DNA of 64,000 nt. Origin: an uncultured virus (IMG/VR IMGVR_UViG_3300025400_000009). Lineage: Duplodnaviria > Heunggongvirae > Uroviricota > Caudoviricetes. Where the stretch lies: the IMG/VR virus record IMGVR_UViG_3300025400_000009; one strand, written 5' to 3'. This document shows positions 11,301-19,080 of the stretch, piece after piece. The notes beneath the pieces were generated by a model. It saw nothing but the letters and a program-made list of their open reading frames with translations, did no database searches and was not told the origin of the DNA. The position numbers were made by a program, and so were the translations under genes. Positions within the stretch are counted from its first letter, which is position 1; each line of letters opens with the position of its first letter.

Positions 11301-14300
11301 AATACTTTGAATATTTCCGCCATGTAATAAGTCAAAGGATACAGCATCAATCATATAGCCAACATCTCTAAAACATGTTGCAGTTGTATAAGATAATGTC
11401 GGATAGTTGATATACAAGTAACTCATCACACTATTTTGGAATGATGTTCGATGTGCTTGTATTGCATTATAGGCAGCAACATAGGTTGCAGTTGTGGTAG
11501 CAGTTGTTCCAAACTTAACTTGATCAGTAATACCGACTACACCATTAGAAATAATGTTTGTTATAGTACTAAACAATCCAGTAACTAATGTACCAATAGC
11601 AGGGCTACCAAATGTAGTAGCAGTATTAGCTACCAAAGAACTCAAGAAGTTAGTAGCAGAAACAATGGCAGAAACTTCTGATCCTACATTGCCTGTGTAA
11701 CTACCTTGGCTCCAATATTGTAAACCAGCAAATGTACTATCGCTTAGGCTTGCATACAACATGTCCATACCAATAGCATCGACAATCAATCCAGTGTCTC
11801 TACTGCATGTTGCTGTATTGAATACAAATGTCGAAGTAGAGTTATATGTGTAATCGATCCATGCTAGAGTTTCAGCAACTAAGAACGAACGGTTTGCTTC
11901 GATGATATTATAGGCATTTACAAAATCCTGAGAAGGATTTACAGTTAAACTAACTGGAGTAAACTCGTAGCCCGTAGGTCCATTGGTAATAATGTTTGTC
12001 AGAGTACTGACAATAGTAGTTACGGTATTGGCCACAGTAACATCAGCAAGTGGCAAACTTGTTACAGGCAGTACCTTAGTTTGATAAGGATTATATCCCG
12101 AAGGATTAGTAATCAATGTTCCGATTACAGAACCCAAGAAACTAAATGCTTGAGAAGTTGCAAATGTTTCTTGAGGGATAACTGTAGATCCATTTTGTGA
12201 ATAATAGCTCAATCCACTTTGTATTGCTTGACGATTTCCGCCGTATAACAAGTCAAACGATATTGAGTTAATAATGTAGCCAATATCTCGAACACATGTA
12301 GATGTATTAAAACTTGTTGATGGATAATTCAATCCAGCAGGACTTTCAATATAAGCAAGAACTTCGGCCTGCATATATGGAATATTAGCTTGTAGCAATG
12401 CATAGGTATTTTGTACACTACTTAATGTACTAGCTGTACCGCCATTAGAAACAATTAAATCTGTCCAACCTGAAACATTACCTCTTAGAATACTTAGAAT
12501 GGTTGCAAACTCAGTATTAACAGTTGCAACTTCTGCGGCAGTACCTGGCTGAATGTTAGTGATTTGAGTAGCATTACTATAACGAGTAATACCCAATAAC
12601 AAATCATCAGTAGCAGTTGTGTTTGTAATGACTTTGTTTGCTATAGTTTGTAGATATGCTATTGCCGCAGTGGTTGTGGTAATTTCATTAGGGATATTAC
12701 CTGTATAACTACCTTGATTGTAATATTGTAAACCGGCAAAAGTTGTTTGACTATATTTTGCTGTTGGGAATAATAAATCTGTAGCAATGCTATCAACTAT
12801 CAATCCGGCATCGCGTTGGCACTTAACCTTGTTATAAGGCAAATAACTAGGACCAGTAGGTTGTACTAGATTCCAGTTAATGTAGTTGAGTGTATTCTCT
12901 TGAATAAACTTTCTGTTGGCCTGTAACAATATTTCAGCACTTACATAGGCTGCATCTGGACCAGTACTTGTATAACTTGCAGGAGCAGCCTGAGGACCTT
13001 GTACAATAATATCTGTTACAATATTAAACAATGAACTAATAGCTGTACCAGCAACACCACCGTCTACTAAAACGGTATTGATAACCTGCGGAACATTTGG
13101 AATGTTAACTACAGGAGGAAGAACTGTACAAGTGTTATTAACGATAACATCTTGAATCAAATCATTTAAGTAGTTGATTGCAGCCACACATTGTGGAATA
13201 GAGTTAGCAATGTAACTAACTGGGCCGTTCCAATATGCATTTCCAGATTCTACTGCTTTCTGATTACCACCATAGGCAGCATCATAGGCAATATTTTCAA
13301 CTAAAATACCTGCGTCTCTATACGATAACTGTATTGTAGAAGTATCGTAGCTAACTGTTTGCATAGTTGCAGCAATAAATGCAATAACTTCTGCTTGAAT
13401 AAACGCACGATTTGCATGTAATAAAGTCCAAGCATTAACTGCGTTAGTATCGTTGGTTAGTGTTAAGTTTTGTGGAGTCTTAGGACCAGAAGCCACAGGA
13501 CCATTAACAATAATATCTGTGATAACATTGATATTATTTTGTAGAATGTTAGCTTCAGCGATAGTTCCTGGTGTTCCAGATATTACCTGTGTACTATTAC
13601 TATATTTTTTAGGAACAGATTGACCTGTTACAATGTAAGGAATGATACTTTGAATGAATGTATATGCCGCGGTTACTTGTGTTATTTCGCTAGGCACTTG
13701 TGTGGATGTTGTATAACCGTAATAGTAAACACCCGATTTCAAACTTTGTAGATTTCCGCCATGCAACATGTCAAAGCAAACAGAGTCAATAATGTAACCA
13801 ACATCTCTATAGCAAGTTGCTGTTGTAAAGTTTGAAGCAGAGTAGTTTAATCCAGAAGGAGAAACAACATAGTTGTAGACTTCTTGTTGTAAAGTAGTTC
13901 TAGCTGACTGAACAGCATTATAAGCAGCATTAATAAACACATTAGATGTAGACAAACTTTCTGGAACAACTTGATTTGTTATGTCAGTTGGAGTGCCAGC
14001 ACCTAATATAGTGGTAATAGTATTAAACAATCCGTTTGTAATCGATGTAGCAGTTGTTCCGCCAATACTAAAGTTAGTAATAGTATTTGCAACTAATGAT
14101 TTTAAGTAGTTAATAGCCGCAGTAGTTGTTGTTAACTCTCTTGCTATTTGTCCTGTATAGCCGCCTTGACTCCAGTATTGTAGGCCAGCAAATGTACTAT
14201 CGCTAGTGCTGTTGTACAACATGTCCATGCTGATTGCATCAACTATTAGTCCTACATCTCTACTACAAGTAGCAGAGTTATATGAGAATGTACCATTAGC

Positions 14301-16157
14301 AAAGGTGTTAACAAGATAAGATGCAACTTGTGCTTGTAAGAAAGGTTTATTAGCCAACATCAATGTACGAGCATTGAAAAATCCTGGATTTTGTTGACCA
14401 ACTGTGGCATTCATACCAATGGCTAGATTTTCAGCAGCGGTATAAACCCATACTGCGCCTGTATCTGTAGCAGTATATGCATCGTACAATCTAGGATTAG
14501 ATTTTGAACTCAGCAAGTTAGCGGTGGCCACTGTACCTGTAAAGTTAAGTGTAGATTGTAAACTTCCTGTATATTGTGTAGCAGCTGATCCAGCAGGGCC
14601 TGCATTAATAAAACCATTGATTGGCATATTTTCAATATAAACAGTGATGCTAGTTGTGTTAGCGGCCCATGTACCTGTACCCACGGCAACAGGAACTTGT
14701 ACAGTTTGGTCAGGAGTAAACAATGTACCGTCAACTAACCATGGTCCAGAAAGATTAGTACAGTTCTGAATATACGGCGAATGGAATAAATCGATTTGTT
14801 TTCCTGGAGGGAACGCTGTACAATATGCACCTCGGTTTGTTCCGTTTATATAACCAGTACCTGGTAACAATCCGCTACGCCCATTTAAGAACTGCATGAA
14901 TGCTAGATAGCAACCAGAGTTCATGTGGAACAAGTCTTGTGTCTTGTTGATAGGTTCGATACCTGTAGTACGAATATCTGAACCCATAACGCTAGTATAT
15001 GGTTTCAGTTGAATAGGGTTATCTTCTAAATAATGCCCCGGAGCAACACGAATTTGTGTGCCTGGTTGATAATAAGGACTTTTAACAGCACCACTAACTG
15101 TACGGCAAGCACGGCTTGGATCCATAGCACGACCGTCATTAGTGTCGTCACCGTCCATGGTTACATACAATACATTAGTAACAACCGGTGCAGTACCAAC
15201 AGGGTTATTACCGCGAACACGGATGTCACCAAATACATCCATAACGCCGCCACCGACGACATTACCGTTTTGATTCTTAGGAAGATTAATGCCGTTATTA
15301 GGACTTACAGAAATATTACCTGAGTTATTTCCTAAAAATTTTGTATAGATATTTTCTAAGTATGCTGTTGCCCAAGCAGTTCCAGTATCACCAATAGAAC
15401 TAGGTGCTACAGTTGCAGTAGAACCAGGCAATACATTGCCGCCGATATAAATGTCTTGACCAATACCAACACCACCGGTGACTGTAAATGCACCAGTAAT
15501 AGTGCTTACTGAGTTAATAGTAGCAGCAATATGAGCTTGATCTGTTGTTAATAAACCAGCAGCAGGGTTATAAGTTAAACCAAGGCTTGAAGGATAAATG
15601 CTGGCATTGTCGCCGTATAGTTGGGCTCCAGGTACAGTTAATCCTGTGGCGTCTGTAAAGGTAGGATAATAAATTTGATTATTATCAACAGGTTTAACAG
15701 TGATAAAAGAACTAGTAGAAGCTGTATTAGCATAGGCAACACGACCGTAAATATAGCCGCCGACTGCTAAATCTTGTTCGATGCCGACGCCGCCTTCAAA
15801 ATATGCCTGAGCTTGTTGGCGTTCTCCAGTACTGCTATATAATGTAGGAACTCCGTTTAAATCAAGAGTCCCAGTTACTGCACCTACCGATAATCCATAC
15901 CCGTCAATTTTTTTATTATTTACAGGGTTAATACCATTTGCATAAGGGGCGCCGCCTGGATTATCAATTGCATTACCTGGGTTATTATCGTTACTTTGAA
16001 TGTAAGCATTACTTGCTTGCAAAGTTGGAGTTAAATTATTACTTACTAAAAAGTTTCCAGTTGCCTGAACATAAGAGGTTTCTAATGTGATAGCGGTAGA
16101 AGTAATAGCGTTATTACTACTTGGAGCCACCATTCTTGAACCGATTATTTTTGCCAT
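8382..16157 (-). CDS. Very large virion protein (2591 aa): pectin-lyase-like beta-helix interrupted by tandem ~160-aa helical repeats
   Basis: LYVTMDGDDTNDG...IRVAPGHYLEDNP...SPYIQNCT start of beta-helix; resumes at DAFTQ..GGVG...NNGYAQLVSVFT; nine C-x-R-D repeats; C-terminal GGKVFFTSTDQNGDFRIG. Confidence 0.8.
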   Translation of the reverse strand: MAKIIGSRMVAPSSNNAITSTAITLETSYVQATGNFLVSNNLTPTLQASNAYIQSNDNNPGNAIDNPGGAPYANGINPVNNKKIDGYGLSVGAVTGTLDLNGVPTLYSSTGERQQAQAYFEGGVGIEQDLAVGGYIYGRVAYANTASTSSFITVKPVDNNQIYYPTFTDATGLTVPGAQLYGDNASIYPSSLGLTYNPAAGLLTTDQAHIAATINSVSTITGAFTVTGGVGIGQDIYIGGNVLPGSTATVAPSSIGDTGTAWATAYLENIYTKFLGNNSGNISVSPNNGINLPKNQNGNVVGGGVMDVFGDIRVRGNNPVGTAPVVTNVLYVTMDGDDTNDGRAMDPSRACRTVSGAVKSPYYQPGTQIRVAPGHYLEDNPIQLKPYTSVMGSDIRTTGIEPINKTQDLFHMNSGCYLAFMQFLNGRSGLLPGTGYINGTNRGAYCTAFPPGKQIDLFHSPYIQNCTNLSGPWLVDGTLFTPDQTVQVPVAVGTGTWAANTTSITVYIENMPINGFINAGPAGSAATQYTGSLQSTLNFTGTVATANLLSSKSNPRLYDAYTATDTGAVWVYTAAENLAIGMNATVGQQNPGFFNARTLMLANKPFLQAQVASYLVNTFANGTFSYNSATCSRDVGLIVDAISMDMLYNSTSDSTFAGLQYWSQGGYTGQIARELTTTTAAINYLKSLVANTITNFSIGGTTATSITNGLFNTITTILGAGTPTDITNQVVPESLSTSNVFINAAYNAVQSARTTLQQEVYNYVVSPSGLNYSASNFTTATCYRDVGYIIDSVCFDMLHGGNLQSLKSGVYYYGYTTSTQVPSEITQVTAAYTFIQSIIPYIVTGQSVPKKYSNSTQVISGTPGTIAEANILQNNINVITDIIVNGPVASGPKTPQNLTLTNDTNAVNAWTLLHANRAFIQAEVIAFIAATMQTVSYDTSTIQLSYRDAGILVENIAYDAAYGGNQKAVESGNAYWNGPVSYIANSIPQCVAAINYLNDLIQDVIVNNTCTVLPPVVNIPNVPQVINTVLVDGGVAGTAISSLFNIVTDIIVQGPQAAPASYTSTGPDAAYVSAEILLQANRKFIQENTLNYINWNLVQPTGPSYLPYNKVKCQRDAGLIVDSIATDLLFPTAKYSQTTFAGLQYYNQGSYTGNIPNEITTTTAAIAYLQTIANKVITNTTATDDLLLGITRYSNATQITNIQPGTAAEVATVNTEFATILSILRGNVSGWTDLIVSNGGTASTLSSVQNTYALLQANIPYMQAEVLAYIESPAGLNYPSTSFNTSTCVRDIGYIINSISFDLLYGGNRQAIQSGLSYYSQNGSTVIPQETFATSQAFSFLGSVIGTLITNPSGYNPYQTKVLPVTSLPLADVTVANTVTTIVSTLTNIITNGPTGYEFTPVSLTVNPSQDFVNAYNIIEANRSFLVAETLAWIDYTYNSTSTFVFNTATCSRDTGLIVDAIGMDMLYASLSDSTFAGLQYWSQGSYTGNVGSEVSAIVSATNFLSSLVANTATTFGSPAIGTLVTGLFSTITNIISNGVVGITDQVKFGTTATTTATYVAAYNAIQAHRTSFQNSVMSYLYINYPTLSYTTATCFRDVGYMIDAVSFDLLHGGNIQSIKSGVYYWGYNNNTQLPAEVPETISAYNFIGNIVQNIVTGNTIANPYQSVVPQVVVGYTPATVIEAQQLKQKIAEITKIIVNGPSAAGPKTPQSLTPSYDANAQNAWALLHANRSFIIAEVLAYLAKTASITPFAYDQGYCYRDIGLMVDAVSQDVLLGGNQRSVEAGLSYWNQGYNYIANELTTTTQAISYISSIAQQIANNQPVAVITGTVAKQVINPFFQYGGNYMPQQAIARNFGIISTIINQGPDFAPPVYAGGGIFALTGTNGLDVKSSPTITSITPVATGTYILGLSTATIGAGNNATLYFGNTRVFPLQNSEVDALSLTQTGSTSTWDSRKVDSIGAMGGSLVDGSVVSDRSPIQSFVYDAFTQLTQGGVGVKVTNNGYAQLVSVFTIFASVGVQVDNGGIASIVNSNANFGDLCLVAKGYGSRAFSGTVYNPINRAYPFSPQEVYGANSLDQYYPEGYFPDSKGNIEVFVPDIDNRPHISLVMEVVPPSSYSSAYNSPELAANGVVIQGFLNAQPTTSTLITGTISLSGVDTTDVHIGNNVYVIDQFGFPYDKFPYKHDEFGNYISSTGTVLAIQNTGAPGFLTQNPPPVVNTNYGVLYCATGTTVVDINYNSITLSQALTSGASFPDNSSYFTIYFSGNAYYDVLTSNVANQPYVTGTNILSANTNPLFNGPTVSQIDAHAAAIRYLNTLTDYVINNTVYSPTYQNTVTQVTNSSFSGGSASQPFIDLRFGYLETIVTATNLNAALSVVPSSLITKTGTIPNGAGSAIDLINANLSFMTAEVVAYVNHFYASVYNGATMSHGQAQKCVRDVALILQQLIYDLETGGNYNMVYAGLSYWSRPGTYHIVEMEQAVTDPTLFPDGATVNFYQRSYISASGYVFEYVGAGTNYGALPQVGQADPIQARETVQLGGGKVFFTSTDQNGDFRIGPSLVISQATGVISGRTFVQSLFANMTPFILAIEAL

Positions 16158-16174
16158 TTCTTATTCCTTTAGAG

Positions 16175-16182
16175 TATTTATT
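16175..16182 (-). promoter_or_regulatory. Late promoter-like AATAAATA
   Basis: One mismatch to TATAAATA, 17 nt upstream of ATG 16157, AAGGA Shine-Dalgarno between. Confidence 0.55.
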
Positions 16183-16185
16183 ACA

Positions 16186-16722
16186 TTAGCTGATTTGAAG
16201 TGAAACAGCGTAGAGCACTGGAAATGTTTTATGAGGCCATGCAGGATGGCTTTTATATCTTAATGTTATACCGAAACTTGGATCTTGTATCATATCAGAA
16301 GTTAGGTTGGTAACTTTCCATTTGGTAAGATCTCCCGAGTAAGTAGTTATTGGATATAACAAACTTTCATTTTGACTCACTGTTGTAATAAACGCTGGTT
16401 GTGCTTGATTTTCCCCGATTAACTCACCTTGATAGCAAAGTTGAATTGTATCATCTGCTATCCTACCACCACGATTCATTTCTACTGTAAGACTTATATC
16501 CGATATAGTGTCAGGAATAGAATCAAAATTAAATCCTGTCAACTGTACATACCAAGTATTATAAATTAAATCATATTTAGGACTTCTTGCTATATGCAAT
16601 AAAGGTTTTACTGTAGATATACTTGTTTTTCCTCTTGTAGTTAACAATGGAAGATTATTATCCCAAGCAATATCAACTTCTGAGTTGTCTGCATATTGTG
16701 TTACTACGGTTGGAGTGGTCAT
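16186..16722 (-). CDS. Hypothetical protein, probably structural (178 aa)
   Basis: ORF track 16186..16761; the ATG at 16722 (MTTPTVV) is preferred because the longer start lies in a terminator and GTAAATA (16727-16733) precedes 16722. Confidence 0.65.
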   Translation of the reverse strand: MTTPTVVTQYADNSEVDIAWDNNLPLLTTRGKTSISTVKPLLHIARSPKYDLIYNTWYVQLTGFNFDSIPDTISDISLTVEMNRGGRIADDTIQLCYQGELIGENQAQPAFITTVSQNESLLYPITTYSGDLTKWKVTNLTSDMIQDPSFGITLRYKSHPAWPHKTFPVLYAVSLQIS

Positions 16723-16759
16723 CCTGTATTTACCTGATTTGAATCTATGCGTAGTAAAC

Positions 16760-16786
16760 AAAAAAGGACTCCGAAGAGTCCTTTTT
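16760..16786 (-). terminator. Rho-independent terminator with C(UUCG)G loop
   Basis: AAAAAGGACTC-TTCG-GAGTCCTTTTTT on minus strand just after the 309-aa gene. Confidence 0.85.
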
Positions 16787-16802
16787 ATAAACTAATAAAA
16801 TA

Positions 16803-17732
16803 TTAGTAAGTTTGGATACCAACGCAAGCGCCGGCTTGAGTAGATACTGTACCACTAGCATTACCCCAACCTGCAACCCAACGCACTTCTGTTCCATTTG
16901 CAAATACAAAAGAACCATTTACAGTTTGACGAATAACACGAGCTTTACGGCTTGTTAACTTTGTAACAACATAAGTGCTACCATTAGCATCTTTAGCAAT
17001 AATGTTCATTTGACCTGCAACTAAAGAAGCTGCTGCCGCTGTAGAAGTTGTTAACTTGCAGATAGCACGACCTTGATCGTTTTCAACTAGATAACGATGG
17101 CTACCTTCTTGTTTTAGAATTGCCGCAGTTGTAGCTGATCCTCCTGGAATAAATGCTGTACAAGCAATATTACCTGTGTCATCTTCTTGAGCTGTTAGGC
17201 TAGCGGTAATAACTGCACCAGAACCGTTATCGCTAAATGTTAAGTTAGAAGAATTATTCCAAGTACCGTTGTTGTTTACTGTACTAGTAATGATGTTACC
17301 GTTAATAGCAGTAACATAACCGTTAATACCAGTTATTGCACCAGAAATTAACATACCAATGCTGATACCAGCTGTGGTTGATACAGTGAATGTGTTAGTA
17401 GCAGTTACACCAGAGTTAACTGTACTTGTGACTGTTGCTGGTTTAACAATAGTAATAGTAGCTGTACTGTAACCGGCGCCGACATTAGTAGCATTAATGC
17501 CTGTAATGCCACCTGCTGGGCTACCTGTTGGACTATTAATAGTCAATGCAAATGTTGCTTGTACTCCATCAGCAAGGCCTTCAGTCGGTGCTGAAACAGA
17601 TACAGTAGTACCTTGTGAATAGTGTGTACCGTTCGAAGTAAGTGCTACAGCAACACCTTTATATTTTACTGCTACGCTGGCATCGGCAGCGCCTTGTTTT
17701 ACAAAATATCTCTTTTTAATTGGACGTCCCAT
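16803..17732 (-). CDS. Virion protein downstream of major capsid, possibly head decoration (309 aa)
   Basis: Intact ORF with AAGGAG RBS; basic N-terminus MGRPIKKRYF, beta-rich body, ILKQEGSHRYLV motif; position after gp23. Function is inferred. Confidence 0.6.
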   Translation of the reverse strand: MGRPIKKRYFVKQGAADASVAVKYKGVAVALTSNGTHYSQGTTVSVSAPTEGLADGVQATFALTINSPTGSPAGGITGINATNVGAGYSTATITIVKPATVTSTVNSGVTATNTFTVSTTAGISIGMLISGAITGINGYVTAINGNIITSTVNNNGTWNNSSNLTFSDNGSGAVITASLTAQEDDTGNIACTAFIPGGSATTAAILKQEGSHRYLVENDQGRAICKLTTSTAAAASLVAGQMNIIAKDANGSTYVVTKLTSRKARVIRQTVNGSFVFANGTEVRWVAGWGNASGTVSTQAGACVGIQTY

Positions 17733-17760
17733 TTTGTTTCTCCTTTATGTTTATATGACA

Positions 17761-17814
17761 GTTCTATTGCCTACGCGGTTGGGGTTCCGCATAAACTCTC
17801 CGTTAAGAGCGAAC
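17761..17814 (-). promoter_or_regulatory. Structured 5' leader (three-way junction candidate)
   Basis: GUUC/GAAC closes CUCUU-AACG-GAGAG and UUUAUGCGG-AACCCCAA-CCGCGUAGG; lies between ATTAAATA (17819-17826) and the RBS of 16803..17732. Confidence 0.55.
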
Positions 17815-17826
17815 AGTATATTTAAT

Positions 17827-17851
17827 AAAAAACGCCCCGAAGGGCGTTTTT
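17827..17851 (-). terminator. Rho-independent terminator after major capsid gene
   Basis: AAAAACGCCC-TTCG-GGGCGTTTTTT on minus strand. Confidence 0.9.
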
Positions 17852-17876
17852 AGTGAGGTTAAAAACCAATAAAATA

Positions 17877-19055
17877 TTATTGGAAGCTAACTGTAGAGCT
17901 GTTGATAGCAACTTTGCTCAAGTAGTCAGCAGCATTGCCTAAGCTAGATGCTGTGTTGTTCAACTCGACATAGCCGTAGCGTGTCAAGAAGCCAACTACT
18001 GGTTCGAATGTTGCTGGATCTAGAACAACACCAGAGCTCATTAGAGGAATATAAGGGCAATAGAACGCAGCAGCATCTGCTTCGCTAGAACCTTTATAAC
18101 CAATCATAACTTGGTTGCTGTCAGCGCCTGTGTCGCTCAAGTAAGCGTCAACATAAATCTTCATAGCGCCATTCAATGTACCAACAAACTTGGTGTTTGT
18201 AGGAGCTTCGAAAGTGCCTTCTGTTGTACGAGCAAAAGCGCTTGTAGTAGCAGATTGAAGAATTGTCAATGCTTGGTTAGAAACAACAGCCCAGTTACCT
18301 GCGCCGCGACGTGTACGTTGGGCGATCAAGTTGCTTGCGCGGTTGATCATAATAGCTAGAGCAGCGTGTTCGTCACCAACGAAAGTTGCTGTACCGCTAA
18401 CCAAAGATTGGTCATATGTATAGTCAACTGTAGCCAAGCCACGTAGGCTAGCTAGGATTTCTTGGTCGATTTCAGCTGTGATTTCTTGTGCTAGAGCAGC
18501 CATGATTTCTGCTTCGATGTCAATACCTTGTTGGGCTTGTGCATCTTGAGCAGCTTCAAAAGTCCAGCGAGCGCTTAGTTTACGAGACTTAGCTTCAACT
18601 GGAGCTTTCAAGATTTGAATGCTCATGCGGTTACCTGGTGTACCTTCAAGTGCGCTTGTTGCGGCTGCACCTGGATAGGTAGCATTGTTGTTACCAGAAT
18701 AGGCTTGAGCGATTTTGAATGGGCTCAATGCTTCTTCACCAGCTACAACTTCGTTAGAGCTATCAGCATAACGAACACGTAGTGTGTGGATTTGACCAAC
18801 TGGACCAGTCATTGGTTGAACGCCGATGATTTCGTTGGCAATAACTGTAGGCATAACACGACGGATAACAGGTAGAATAACACGGTTAAGTGTTGCTACG
18901 TTACCAGCACTAGTTGCACCAGCAGTTGCGCTTTCAGCCAAATACTTACGGGTGTTTTCTAAGCAAACTTGCATAGAAGAACGACGAGTACCTGATAGGC
19001 CTTCAAGCAGAGCTTCTTTGGTCTCTGACCATCTTTCATTTAATAGTTGTGACAT
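17877..19055 (-). CDS. gp23: Major capsid protein, T4 gp23 family
   Basis: LPVIRRVMP..IANEIIGVQPMTGPVGQI, VEAKSRKLSARWTFEAAQD, EITAEIDQEI, AFYCPYIPL, DPATFEPVVGFLTRYG are gp23 family motifs. Confidence 0.97.
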   Translation of the reverse strand: MSQLLNERWSETKEALLEGLSGTRRSSMQVCLENTRKYLAESATAGATSAGNVATLNRVILPVIRRVMPTVIANEIIGVQPMTGPVGQIHTLRVRYADSSNEVVAGEEALSPFKIAQAYSGNNNATYPGAAATSALEGTPGNRMSIQILKAPVEAKSRKLSARWTFEAAQDAQAQQGIDIEAEIMAALAQEITAEIDQEILASLRGLATVDYTYDQSLVSGTATFVGDEHAALAIMINRASNLIAQRTRRGAGNWAVVSNQALTILQSATTSAFARTTEGTFEAPTNTKFVGTLNGAMKIYVDAYLSDTGADSNQVMIGYKGSSEADAAAFYCPYIPLMSSGVVLDPATFEPVVGFLTRYGYVELNNTASSLGNAADYLSKVAINSSTVSFQ

Positions 19056-19080
19056 TTTATTTGTCTCCTTGAATTATAAA

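Noticed and set aside
1742..16157. Diversity-generating retroelement acting on fibre genes
   Set aside because: No reverse transcriptase in the window, and the repeat pairs differ at synonymous positions of all bases, not specifically adenines.
16723..16761. ORF-track N-terminal extensions (also 33648, 63776, 29019, 62966)
   Set aside because: They overlap terminators or neighbouring genes; downstream ATGs have better context.
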